A stretch of 64,000 nucleotides of DNA, taken from NCBI GenBank assembly GCA_026770705.1, contig JANJGN010000052.1, positions 2,790,001 to 2,854,000 on the forward strand, given 5' to 3'. Positions 25,150 through 37,419 of the stretch are shown here, piece by piece; position 1 is the stretch's first letter, and each line of letters begins with the position of its first letter. Source of the stretch: Isurus oxyrinchus. Lineage: Eukaryota. A model generated the notes under the pieces. It ran no database searches. It saw only the letters and a program-made list of their open reading frames with translations, and was not told the origin of the DNA. The position numbers and the translations under genes are program-made.

Positions 25150-28100
25150 ACTAAAATAGTGACAAGGGTTGAATAAACTGGTGATGAGGTGAAAAACAAG
25201 GAAGAAAAAGCAAGGAATGAAAGCAAGCGAATTGAAATCTGGCCGTGCCTCGCACAGTGATTATAAATATAATTTCCATCCTAATAACCGAAGCAGTCCC
25301 CTCGAAGAATGCTGCAGTTTGGAAGAGTTGATCCTTTCGACCCAACGGTGGGCGATTGGTCTCATTATGGTGAACCTCTCGCATTCTTTTTCCAAGTGAA
25401 TGACATTGATGGGGAGGAGAAGAGGCGAGCGACCCTCTTATCCACGTGTGGGAGTAAGACTTAGGGATTGATGCGAACTTTAATGCCACCCGGTGCCATG
25501 GATTCAAAAAGTTTAGATGATCTTGTGAACCTTGTGAAGATTCCTTCCCAGCCCCAGCCCTCGGTAACGATGCAACGGTCCAAATTTAACTCAAGAAATA
25601 GAGTCCCAGGGGAGGCAGCTGCATGTTATGTGGAAATTCTGAAACAGTTAACAGGACATTGTGGGTTTGGTAAATCTATAAATGATATGCTGAGAGATCG
25701 ACTGGTGTGCAGTATAAATGAAGATGTGATTCAGAAGAGATTACTGTCTGAAACAGATTTGGATATTCAGAAGGCGCTGGGAATAGTGCTGGCTATGGAA
25801 AGAGCAGTGAGGGACTCGAAAAACATATGGAGAGTGCAAAATGTCACCGTCCTCATGTTGGGTGAGGAGCCTCAGCCAAGAAGTGCGGGAAAATGTACAG
25901 CTCTGATGAGAAACGGGAAACCTCCACCACTAGCAGCAAATAAAAAGGAATGACTTAGCAGAGAAAACATGGAATAATGGGAACAGAGGTGAAGCAGACA
26001 ACCTCGTAGTGAATGGAACTTTAAAAAAATCAATTGTTTTTACTGTCATCGAAACAGAGAGCCCATGAGAGATTGCAAGGATAGAATCAGGCAGAGTTTC
26101 AATCAAGAGAGAAAACCCTGTGAGATCCATAACATAGAAGAGCCTGAAGTAACAGATTCAGATAGTTATTCATTGTATAATTTAAAGGTAGGAAGAACAG
26201 AGCCAATCTATGTAACAGTGAGGGTGAATGATAGAGCTCTCAGAATGGGGGTGGACACAGGAGCTAACACTACGCTAATTGGGGAGCATACTTTCAAATA
26301 CTGGAATCATGGGGAAAGTCAATTAAATTTGGAAGAAACAGATGACTAATTGAAAACTTACACGGGAGAAGACATTCAAGCCAAAGACATAAGCAGGGTT
26401 ATTATACAGTATGGAAGTCAATCAGTAAAATGACCCTTGATGATGGGAGCTGGTGAGGGACCAAGCCTCCTTGGACGAAACTGGCTGAAAGATATTAAAC
26501 TGGACTGGTCTGAGATCTTCCAACTGAGAGCCAGTGGGCTACCTGAGCTACTACAAAAATACATCTCAGTTTTCCAAGATGAACTCGGGGAGATCCAGGG
26601 GCTGCAAGCAAAAATTCATGTGGATCCAGACTCTACCCCTCTGATTTATGAAGGCACGACCAGTACCTTATGCAATGTGGAAAAAGGCAGATGCTGAATT
26701 GGGCAGGTTCTAGAAACTGGGAGGGATACAATCTGTGCTGTCCTCAGAATGGGCAGCACCAATAGTCCCTGGACCTGAGCCTGGCCAAAGTGTTTGTGGA
26801 GATGACAAGAATTGACTGGAACGGCCTACACGGAGCTGATATGAACCATGCTTATCAACAATTGGAGTTCGAGAAGGCCTCCCAGAAGTTTGTCACAATT
26901 AATACACACAAAGGGTTGTATCAATAAACCGGTTTGCCTTTCAGAGTCTCCTCTGCAGGATCACAGAGTCTTAATGGCACAGCAGGAGGCCATTCAGCCC
27001 ATCGTGTCTATCCCAGCTCTCCAAATGAGCATCATGACCTAGTGTCATTGCCCTGCCTTTCCCCATGCCCCTGCACCTTTTCTCTATCCAAATAATCATC
27101 TAATGCCCTCCTGAATGCCTCGATTGAACCTGCCTCCACAACACTTCCAGGCCGTGCATTCCAGGCCCAGAACTCAGTTGTGTGAAAAAGTTTTTTCTCA
27201 CGTCACATTTGCAACATCAGTCATGCTAAATGTCAGCGGGAAGGTGGAAAGGAGGCCAGGAAGACAGGAAACTGGACATGACTGGCATAGTCATGACAGG
27301 AAGCTGACCGTAGGAGAGACGGTATATGTGAAGGATTTTAGAGAGGGGCCAAAGTGGTCACCGGGTGAAATAAATGCAGCGATTGGAACTCTTTCTCACC
27401 ATGTGAAAGTGGAAGACCGAGTCATATGGAGACATGTGGGTCATATAAGGAGGAGAGAAACAAAGTACCAAGAAACATTCCCACCAGTCTTCACGGCTGC
27501 GTCTATGTCTCCTGTTGAAAGAACTCAGCTGAGAACAGATGTGTCTGAAGGGTCTGTTGTACCTGCAAGAGTTGAGGAAACAGGTTTGCAGGTGTCCACC
27601 GAAGAAGCTGGTGTTGGGACAACATCAGAAAAGGAGACTCCTGACAAAGCATCTGAAGCTGTGGATCTGAGACGTTCCAGACGCATAAGGAAACCCCCCA
27701 GAAAGACTGAATTTGTAAATTACTGATCTGTGTAAATCATCTGATACTTTGAGAAAATGGTAAAAGTAAGTGTAAAATGTATTTCTGAGTAAAGGGGGAG
27801 GGTGGTGGTAATCTGATGTGTGATATACCTTTAAGAAGAAGGTTACAATGGAAGATAACATGAGCTCAGTGTTGTGGTGTGTTCTCAGAATCAACCTCAG
27901 GCCTGGCTAAAAACAGAACTCTACCCATTACAGGGAAACCATCTTTTTTGTTCACAGAGTTAGTCACGTACACACTGGGTTATTTAAATTCAAATCTTGT
28001 CAGTACATAATCACATAATAAGCAGATGTTCCCAGTCCCAGGTACATATCTGCTCCTTACCCAAGCAAGAACTGTTTATCTCGTTCTAGCCTGGTGCCGT

Positions 28101-28530
28101 TTGCCTTTACCTTATCTGTTTACCCTCAGCATCTCTTTATGTCTCTTCTCGAGTTAATCCCTTGTGATCTTCAAGGCCTTTCTGGAGAGTTCTGCTGATG
28201 TCAGCCCCATGGTGAACAAGGTTCACCTGGAGAATTCTGCTGACCTTTGGTTTTCACTAATAGAAGTCCCTGTTTAACTCTTATATCCGTGTCCAACAGC
28301 CGAGTGGCGCAGGTACCTCAGTAGTCGGTCACCTTTGGTTAGAGCCTGTAATGCAGAGACAGGGCTTGAGTTGAAAGCACACAAGTGTAGCTGCTGAGTT
28401 CCTTTGTAAATAAGCAGAATGTGTTTCATCTAAGAACTGTCTGCTGATCTACTCTGTCTATTGTACCTACTCAGCCTCTCCAAAACAAGCCTGGATCCAT
28501 AAGTCCCAACAAACTCGTGACCAGCATCCA
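25150..28530 (+). mobile_element. Degenerate Gypsy LTR retrotransposon (gag, protease, partial RT, integrase tail, PPT, 3' LTR)
   Basis: INDMLRDRLVC, VDTGA protease motif, GEGPSLLGRNW, LRRSRRIRKPP; PPT AAAGGGGGAGGG at ~27791. Confidence 0.85.
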
Positions 28531-28642
28531 ACAGTATCAATAATTAATGTATGTATTGTGGGTGGAATTTTCGATTTGGATCAATAATACTAAACACTGA
28601 TCACTCTGATTGTCACTCTGATCATTTCTGTTTCTATTACAG

Positions 28643-28759
28643 AAGAAAGATGAGAAGGATCTGGAAATGAAATCTAACCGCAGAGTCAATCCTGATACAG
28701 ATGATGATCTTTACGCAAACTGTGATTTTGCCAAGGATTCTGTTTATGGGAATTTATAA
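28643..28759 (+). CDS. Orphan terminal cytoplasmic exon of an inhibitory-type receptor (KKDEKDLEMKSNRRVNPDTDDDLYANCDFAKDSVYGNL*)
   Basis: Pyrimidine-rich acceptor ttctattacAG; 117 nt to TAA; ITIM-consensus SVYGNL plus DLYANC; AATAAA at 29525-29530. Confidence 0.65.
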   Translation, partial: KKDEKDLEMKSNRRVNPDTDDDLYANCDFAKDSVYGNL

Positions 28760-30084
28760 ACTGAGCAAGAATGAGACACACACAGTGTGGGGAGAATACA
28801 GAACGGGAGAATCATTCAAAACTCCAATTTACCTTCCTAATATCCACAGGAACTCACTCCCAGGAAATAGATTTAAACCTCTTGTTACAATCTGATGGAA
28901 TTTCTTCGGAATGATCTATCCAGGATGATTGTCTGTGGGTTTCAATTCGAACATCCTCCTTCAGAATTGTCCCTCCCTGTTGGAAACATCCTTCTCTCCA
29001 TTCTGATTGTAAATGTCTTTAGATATCGTTCGATGATGTACCAGGACAGAATGGACAAATTCAATCCCGTGTCCGTGATTATGAGTTAATTTTCATTCTG
29101 TTATTCACCTTCCTGTCTGTCAGTGTTTACAGAATATTCATCAGCCAGTGTAGACTTCAGGAAATGCAGCATCGGTGGATAATTGGAGCAGAGGAGATTG
29201 GTAAAATTTACTCAGCATTTTGTAGTCAAATGTATTTTCAGAAATATATTTGGATTTTACACTTCATTGTTAAACAGCGAAACGAACAACAATCTGGGAT
29301 ACAATTTGATTGGAGATTTGAGAAATTCTCTGCAGCTTAGAGGATAACAGATGTGCTACAGTGCCACCAATGATGGGAATTCATCAGTACAACGTGACAT
29401 GTTTACATTGATATAGCCAATGAACATAGGAAATTATGATGTGAAAAATTGGTTGCAGGTTTATCTTCTTCAATATGTCATGGATGGATGAGACAGCTTT
29501 GATAACAGAATGAGATAGAGCTGCAATAAACCATCATTTTAGTCTTTCACACTTGGAGAGTACAATTAGCATCCATCCTGATGGCTGAGTGGATGGGTGG
29601 ACTGTGCGATGTGTTACAGATCACAGAGACCAACATACTCGATCCTGGTTCCGCTCTGTGTTTGATGAGATGCTTGGATCAAAGATTGGGAAAATAAATA
29701 ATCCTCCTGCATTGATCTGCAACTGCTCTCTCCCTCTATCAATATCCTGAGGACAGAATTGGGTTTGAGGTCCAAAATCAGACACATGCTTTAACTGCCC
29801 ATTGAATAGGAACAGGAGGAGGCCATTCAGCCCCCTCGAGCCTGCTACACAGGAACAAGAGAGCACCTGAAATAAAAACAGAAAATGCTGGAGAAACTGA
29901 GTAGGTCTGGCAGCATCTGTGCAGAGATAAACAGAATAAACATTTTGAGTCCGTATAACCCTTTTTCAGAGTCTCAAAGCAAAAACTCTGTTTCTCTCTC
30001 CACAGCTGCTGCCAGACCTGCTGAGTTAATGCAGCATTTTCTGTTTTTATTTCAGATTTACAGCATCTGCAGTATTTATTTTTA

Positions 30085-31075
30085 ATGACAGGAGGACATT
30101 CAGCAGCTCACGCCTGTTACACAGGAACAGGAGGAGGCCCATTCAGGCCCTCGAGCTTGTTACACAGGAACAGGAGGAGTTCCATTCAGCCCCCTCAAGC
30201 CTGTTACACAATGACAGGAGGAGGCCCATTCAGCCCCTCGAGCCTGTTACACAGGAACAGGAGGAGGCCCATTCAGGCCCTCGAGCTTGTTACACAGGAA
30301 CAGGAGGAGTTCCATTCAGCCCCCTCAAGCCTGTTACACAATGACAGGAGGAAGCCCATTCAGCCCCATGGGCTTGTTACACAGCAACAGGAAAAGGCCC
30401 ATTCAGCCACTCAGACTGTTACACAGAAACAGGAGGAGGCCCATTCATTCCCTCGAGCCTGTAACACAGGAACAGGAGGAGGCCCATTCAGCCCCCTCGA
30501 GCCTGTTACACAGGAACAGGAGGAGGTCCATTCAGCCCCATGAGCCTGTTACACAGGAACAGGAGGATGCCATTCAGCCCCATGAGCTTCTTACACAGGA
30601 AGAGGAGGAGGACCATTCAGCTACTCAAGCCTATTACACAAGAACAGGATTAGGACAATACAGCCACTCGAGCCTGTTACACAGGAACAGGAAAAGGCCC
30701 ATTCAGCCACTCAAGCCTGTTACACAGGAAAAGGAGGAGTCCTATTCAGCCCCATAGAGCCTGTAACACACGAACAGGAGGAGGCCATTCAGTCACCTGA
30801 GCCTGTTATCCAGGAACAGGAAGAGCACATTCAGTCTCTCAACCCTCTTACACAGGAATAGGAAACCCATTCAGTCCCTCATGCCTGTTACACAGGAACA
30901 GGAGGAGGCCCATTCTGTCCCCTTGAGCCTGTTACACAGGAACAGGAGGAGGCCCATTCTGTCCCCTTGAGCCTGTTACACAGGTACAGGAGACCCATTC
31001 AGCCTCCACAAGCTTGTTACACAGGAACAATAGGGGCTCCATTCAACCACTCAAGCCTGTTCCACAAGAACAGGA
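30085..31075 (+). repeat. ~43-bp minisatellite array
   Basis: Tandem copies visible. Confidence 0.92.
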
Positions 31076-31910
31076 GCAAAAACAAAAATAGCTGGAAAAA
31101 CTCAGCAGGTCTGACAGGATCTGCGGAGAGGAACACACTTGACGTTTTGGGTCTGTAAGACTCTTCATCAGAAATAAGGGAATCGAGAAATGAGGTGACG
31201 TTTTAGCTGGTAGAGGGGGGTGGGACAGGTAGAGCTGGATTGTGGGCCAGTGATAGGTGGAGGTAAAGAAGACGTTGCCAAAGATGTGATAGACAAAAGG
31301 ACAAAGGGGTGTTGACGGTGGTGATATTATCTGAGGAATGTGCTAATGGGGACATTAAGGGTAGAAAGCAGGACGAGCAAGAGACAGATAGTCCTAGTGG
31401 GGGTGGGGTGGGGCAAAGGATTGAAATAGGCTAAAAGGTAGAGATACAACAACAGATGTAAAACATTTAAAAATAATGGAAATAGGTGGGAAAAGAAAAA
31501 TATATAAATAAAATAAATATTAAAAATGATAAATTATTGGAAAAAGGGAGATTGGAAAGAGGGTGGGGATGGAGGAGAGAGTTCATGATCTGAAATTGTT
31601 GAACTCAATATTCAGTCGGGAAGGCTGTAAAGTGCCAGGTCGGAAGATGAGGTGCTGTTCCTCCAGTTTGTGTTGGGCTTCACTGGAACAATGCAGCAGG
31701 CCAAGGACGGACATGTGGGCATGAGAGCAGGGTGGGGTGTTAAAATGGCAAGCGACAGGGAGGTCTGGGTCATGCTTGTGGACAGACCGAAGGTGTTCAT
31801 CAGAGCGATCACCCAGTCTGTGTTTGGTCTGTCCCATGTAGAGGAGACCACATTGGGAGCAGTGAAGGCAGTAGATTAAATTGAGGGAAGTGCAAGTGAA
31901 ATGCTGCTCC
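31076..31910 (-). mobile_element. Penelope-like element 3' fragment (GIY-YIG endonuclease) inserted in the minisatellite
   Basis: GQTKHRLGDR..EHLRSV..LPVACHFN..KLEEQHLIFR.GTLQP..LNIEF. Confidence 0.88.
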
Positions 31911-31929
31911 CAATGATGCTCCTAATGTA

Positions 31930-32480
31930 CTCGAGCCTGGTACACAGGAACTGGGGAAGGCCAATTCAGCCCCTTTAGCCTTTTACACAGGAACAGGAGG
32001 AGGCCAACTCAGCCCCATGAGCCTGGTACACAGTGAGAGAAGGAGGCCATTCAGCCCCCCTGAGCCTTTTGCACAGGAAAAGGAGAACCATTCAGCCCCT
32101 CGAGCCTGTTACACAGGAACAGGAGGAGGCCCATTCAGCCCCTCGAGCTTGTTACACAGGAACAGGAGGAAGTCATTCAGCCCCTCGAGCCTGTTACACA
32201 GGAACAGGAGGAGGCCCATTCAGACCCATGAGGCTGTTACACAGGAACAGGAGGCAGCCCATTCAGACCCTCTAACCTGTAACACAGGAACACAAGGAGA
32301 TCCATTGAGCCTCTTGAGCCTGTTACACAGGAACAGGAGGAGGCCATTCAGCCCCTCGAGCCTGTTACACAGGAACAGGAGGAGGCCAATTCGGACACTC
32401 GAGCCTGTTAAACAAGGACAGGGGGAGGGCATTCAGCACCTGGAGCCTGTTACACAGGAACAGGAGGAGGCCCATTTAGC
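31930..32480 (+). repeat. ~43-bp minisatellite array
   Basis: Tandem copies visible. Confidence 0.9.
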
Positions 32481-32614
32481 CCAAGCAGAGCGTGTGGGCA
32501 GTTCCTCTCCAGGCGAGCAGTCGGACAGGTCCTGGGTAAGTAACAGATCGATTGAAAATCACGGGGGGAGTTCTGAGGGCTCCTAATCCATTGTCCTGTC
32601 TTCTAAATCAGCAC

Positions 32615-32890
32615 CTTAATACTGACCCTTCAACAGTGCCGCACTCCCTCAGTACTGATCCTCCAACAGTGCAGCACTCCCTGATTAATGTCCCTCTGAC
32701 AGTGCAGCACTCCCTCAGTACTGACCCTCCAACAGTGCAGCACTCCCTGATTAATGTCCCTCTGACAGTGCAGCACTCCCTCAGTACTGACCCTCAAACA
32801 GTGGAGATCTCCCTCAGTACTGACCTTACAATAGTGCAACACCCCCTCAGTAATGACCATCCGACAGTGCAGCACTTGCTCAGTACTGAC
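32615..32890 (-). repeat. 33-bp minisatellite
   Basis: Tandem copies visible. Confidence 0.88.
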
Positions 32891-33688
32891 ACTGGGGAGT
32901 TTCAATCCACTCTGTGGGGCAGACGTCCCCTGAATGGTGTCTTGAATCCCACAACATTCTGACCCCCTGAATTTGGCTGTGAAACCCACTGACCCACAGG
33001 AGAAACTCCTGGTCAATGACTGTCCACCTGTGAGCAGAAATATCAACACAGGGTCAGGACACAAAGGGTTAACAGTTCACCAACATCTCAAAACATGAGC
33101 TGCTCTGTCACTTTGATCCAACTTCCTCATTTTTTCACACAGTGACACATTAACCCTTTCTAATTAAATACACAGAGGGAGCAGCACAGGAAGAGGTCAT
33201 TCAGCCCAAGCAGAGCGTGTGGGCAGTTCCTCCCCAGGCGAGCAGTCGGACAGGTCCTGGGTAAGTAACAGAACGATTGGAATTCACTTCCACAACCAAC
33301 ACCGTCCTTTGTTGATGTTGTGACTTTATAAAGACAGATTCCAATGATTGATGCCTTTGAAAGATTTCTACTGATTATTGAGATCTGCGTCTGAGGTTCA
33401 AGTCTGTTGTACAGAACATCTTTCTTGCTCAAGGGATGAGGGAAGTGCAGAGACATGAGCTTTGGGATGCCCTGAGGTGGTGAAAGGTGCTATAGAAATG
33501 CAAATCCTTCATTGTTTGTCTTTCTTAAAGCCTTGTAACTCTCTGCAGAGCACCTATCATCCCACAGAGAATCAAATTAGTCTGTGAAGACATTGTCTAA
33601 AAGCAGTTCTGATCTCTCGAAAGGTGCTGGACAAGAGGTGAGGTCTCATTAACTCCTTTCTCTTTCACAGCTTGAGAGTGAGAAGTGG

Positions 33689-33749
33689 ATGGAATATCTG
33701 GGAGTGGACAATGATCGGGAAATCTACTTCCTCTTGTCACTTCTCCAAG
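33689..33749 (+). pseudogene. Siglec-like gene B2, leader exon (1 nt shorter than B1; only the upstream ATG at 33689 is in frame)
   Basis: Homologous to 23636-23675; CAAG|GTAAT donor. Confidence 0.7.
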
Positions 33750-34452
33750 GTAATATCATCGTCAGCTTGGACAGATTTATATTTAACAGTCTTTGTAAAA
33801 GATCATTCTTATCTCTTTATCTCTGTAACCTCCTGCAACGCAACCAATCAACTTCCCAGGTCTCTGTGTTACTCCAATTGTGGCCTCTTGACCATCCCCC
33901 GATTCCCATCACTCCAATACTGGCGGCCGTGCCTACAGCTGCCTGGGACCTGAGCTCTGGAATTCACTCCCTAAACCTCGGCGATGGAGGAGATCAGAGG
34001 GTTTCATTTTACTGAGAATCACCACGACCACATCACAGCTGCAGTGAGAATAGACAGAGAGTCCAGCCCTCACACTTCCTGCACAGTTTCACCATAGCAA
34101 CCACAATATGGAAATTTAAAAATACTGAAAGTTAAACTGAAGCTCAGCCCATTCAGTGTTGAGAGATGAGATATTTACACAGTTTCCCTGTCTATCTTGT
34201 AGACACTGTGTTGGGTGGAAGACTGGCTTCAGTAAACAGGGTCCTGAGGACCATGAGCCAATGTAGAATGAACTTGTCCACTCCTGTGTCCAGGATTCTC
34301 TTCTATCTGTTGTGAAACCTTGGGGAGTTCCATGTGTGTCCTGTAGATGGTCCACACTGCAGCCACTGTGCCCCAGTGATGGAAGGGGTGGATATCGAGT
34401 CTAGTGGATCTACAAACCATCCAGAGTCAAATATTGATATTTCTCTCCCCAG

Positions 34453-34826
34453 TTGGACTGTCACAAGAGTGGAAAGGTGACACTCCACGAGAGGTGACAG
34501 CGCAGGAAGGTTCGTGTGTACAGATTCCATGTCATTACAGTTACTTATCAAATTTCGTAGGGAGATCACGTGCGGAATCTGGTTGAAAGGAATAGATGGG
34601 AACCCACAGCCTAAATGGTCAATAGCCTTTCACTCCGAGGGTCACAATCACAGGGATCAAAGATTCCGCCATCATACCCGGCTGTCTGGAGACCTGAAAG
34701 ATGGCGAGTGTTCCCTGATTATAAACAACATCAGACGGGAAGATGCAGGACCTTATTTTTTCAGAATAGAATTTGACAGCAGGAATAGTTACAGCTACTA
34801 TCCTGTAACCCAGCTTCACGTTTCTG
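34453..34826 (+). pseudogene. Siglec-like gene B2, V-set exon with -1 frameshift at ~34571
   Basis: Split over ORFs 34404-34586 and 34514-34906; retains DAGPYFFRIE; canonical AG/GT. Confidence 0.9.
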
Positions 34827-35349
34827 GTAAGTGCTGTGTTATAATTACTCAACAATTCACATCCAACACTCAGTGGGAAATAACACAAACTGTGACGTTT
34901 ACATAATAACACAAAACACAGCTTATTATAACACACTGTCTGATTCTCAATAACCTGGTGATAGCTTTCAGTTCAGTCCTAAAGCAACCTCTAAAAATCA
35001 CTTTAATATCAATGATGAAAAGCATTAACTGTACCGACATCTTTCATTCTACATCAGCACTCCCTCAGCGCTGACCCTCTGACAGTGCAGCCCGTTCTCA
35101 GTATCCACATTCTCAGGCCACTCAAAGTGCTTCACAGTCGATAGAAGTTAATTGATCTTTATATGATTATTGCTGAATGAAGAGACAAGCTGTCTAAACT
35201 TCTCATATCGCAAACAGCATTCTCCACGGCAACACCTCCACCTATCAGAGACCACTTGCCAACCAATCAGCACTGTCTTTCCATTAAGTATAAATTGTTG
35301 TTCACTTTCTGTTGGTAATCGTGCGAACGGGGTTCTTGATTCCTGCCAT

Positions 35350-35502
35350 GACATCTGAATGTCCAAATGAACAGAAGAAGTTCCAACAATGAGCTGTGGT
35401 TGCTGATTCCTCACGTTACATCCAGGGACACTGGAGACTATCAGTGTGTGGCAGAGAATGAACATGGAGCAGTGGAGGGGTTCATAACCATTACTGTGGA
35501 TT
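35350..35502 (+). pseudogene. 3' half of an Ig C2/I-set exon of B2 (..LWLLIPHVTSRDTGDYQCVAENEHGAVEGFITITVD)
   Basis: DxGxYxC motif; phase-1 donor GTGAGT at 35503; 5' half and acceptor missing. Confidence 0.82.
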
Positions 35503-37163
35503 GTGAGTGTACACAGACATCAACATCTCTCTCAGATTCGAATACTACACAAACACCCTCAAACGTACAGACCTAAATAGACACGTGCAGACACACATAT
35601 ATGACCACACACAAAGACACACTCACAAACAAACACACTAGCACAAGACTCCCTCATGGGTTACCTGACCTCCCTCAGTACTGCACTGGAGCGTGGGCTG
35701 AATTCTGGGATTTGTGTTCCCATTCATATTTATAGAAGAATATGGAAATTACTCATACAAACACTCAGATGCATAGAGGCACTCATAGATACTCTCTGCT
35801 TCTCCAACTCTCTCTCTCCCTTTAAGGAGCTACCTGAAACCTAACCCGTTGACGAATAACTAGTCCCAACTCCTCTTTATCTGATTCTGTGATTTTTTTG
35901 TGAATCTGAGAGTAAGAGAGAGGTGGAGAGGTTTAGTAAGAGAATTCCTGCTGATGAAAAGCTTACATCCTGTTCTCACTATTTCCGTGCCCATTATGTC
36001 CAAAGCCCCTGTTTATAGTGATGACTGCCTATGTAAACGTCACACTGTAGTTACAGCCTCCCACCAGTGGTGGCATTGTAGCACTTAATCCTTGTGTTTC
36101 CCAGCTTTTCAAGCAAATCTACTTCCCAGTTTGCTCCACAAGCTGTGAGTTCATCGGAATTCAATTATTTCTCAAACGGTAGATTTGATGTCATTTTATT
36201 GAAAACTTCCTCAGCGCCTCCCTGAAGGGTTTACACTCTCTGGGAAGCAGGAATAGGCTGGATGTTGGGGAGTTCATCTTTTCCCAGAGAGCAGTGATCC
36301 TCGGGAATGTGCTGTCAGTGGGTGTGGTGGTTGCTGTCTCTCTGTCACCTTCAAGAGGGATCTGGAGTGGTTACTGACTGGGGGAGAGATCATGGAAGCG
36401 GAGAATGATACAGCACAGGAGGAGGCCATTCAGCCCATTGTGCCTGTGCCAGGTCTTTCAATGTTCTATCCAATCAGATCCACTAACCACCACTCCACTT
36501 TGCCCCCATCTTCCTCCTTCAAGTGTTTATCCAATTTCCCTTTTGAAAGTTCCTATTGAATCTTCTTCCACCGCCCTTTCAGGCAGCACCTTCCAGATCA
36601 CAACAACTCGCTCTGTCAAAACAAATTCTCCTCATCTCCCCCTCCGGTTCATCAATCTGTGTCCCTCTGGTTACCGACCCTCCTGCCCCTTAAATACATT
36701 GATACTGTTCACATCACACACTCCCTGTGGGAGCGAGTTCCACATTCTCCCCTCTCTCTGGGTAAAGATTAGAACTGTTTATTAAGCGGGGGGTGTAAGT
36801 CCGTGGGGGAGTCCATCTCGATCCTCCCTGATTCGCACACACGTCCGAGATGGATTTCAACTCTGCACTAAACGTTTCCAGAATTTTCTACAGCACAATC
36901 CTGTACACAGTGATGGAGAGAAACATTGGACAGGGAGTCCAACAGCACAATGATCCATTCTCACCAATGTTCCACGCTAAGGGGAAAGTTCCGATTGTCC
37001 ACTCTTAGAGTGTTTACAATGAAAACATTCATTCCACATTGAATCCCAGTGGATGGGTCAATAATACAGCAAATGTTGCAGTGATATGAAGCTTGATTGT
37101 TCAGCCAGAGTGAGAGATTGAAAGCGGAGAGTCAGTGATGATTTCATTCTGTGTGTTCTCTAG

Positions 37164-37303
37164 ACAGTGGAGGAGAGATTCTGCACGTGATCCTGATCCT
37201 GGGAATACGAGCTGTGATATTCCTTGTGGCTGTGGTTATCACTATCGCTGGAGTCTGTGTCTGGGAGAGACAAACAGTGAAAGGAAGTCGACAGACTGTT
37301 TGA
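37164..37303 (+). pseudogene. TM plus short-tail terminal exon, activating type (YSGGEILHVILILGIRAVIFLVAVVITIAGVCVWERQTVKGSRQTV*), presumably of B2
   Basis: ttctctAG acceptor, phase 1; hydrophobic helix with an internal Arg; stop 12 residues after the TM. Confidence 0.75.
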
Positions 37304-37419
37304 AGCTTTGTACAGCAACAATCTGGTCAGTCAGTGCGGACAAATAACGTGTGATGTTGGGTTAAGTGTAATGAAACTGGTCAGTGTCCTGGTTAGAATC
37401 ACCTTCGTATCAGAGAGGC

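Noticed and set aside
24485-25154. 215-220 aa repetitive ORFs (RVSTEGVLHC / HSLSTDPPTVQ) and a CRISPR-like look
   Set aside because: A stop-free 33-bp minisatellite with no unique spacers; SINE-derived, in a eukaryote.
30085-32586. EPVTQEQEEAHSAP-type ORFs
   Set aside because: A ~43-bp minisatellite with frequent frame changes; not coding.
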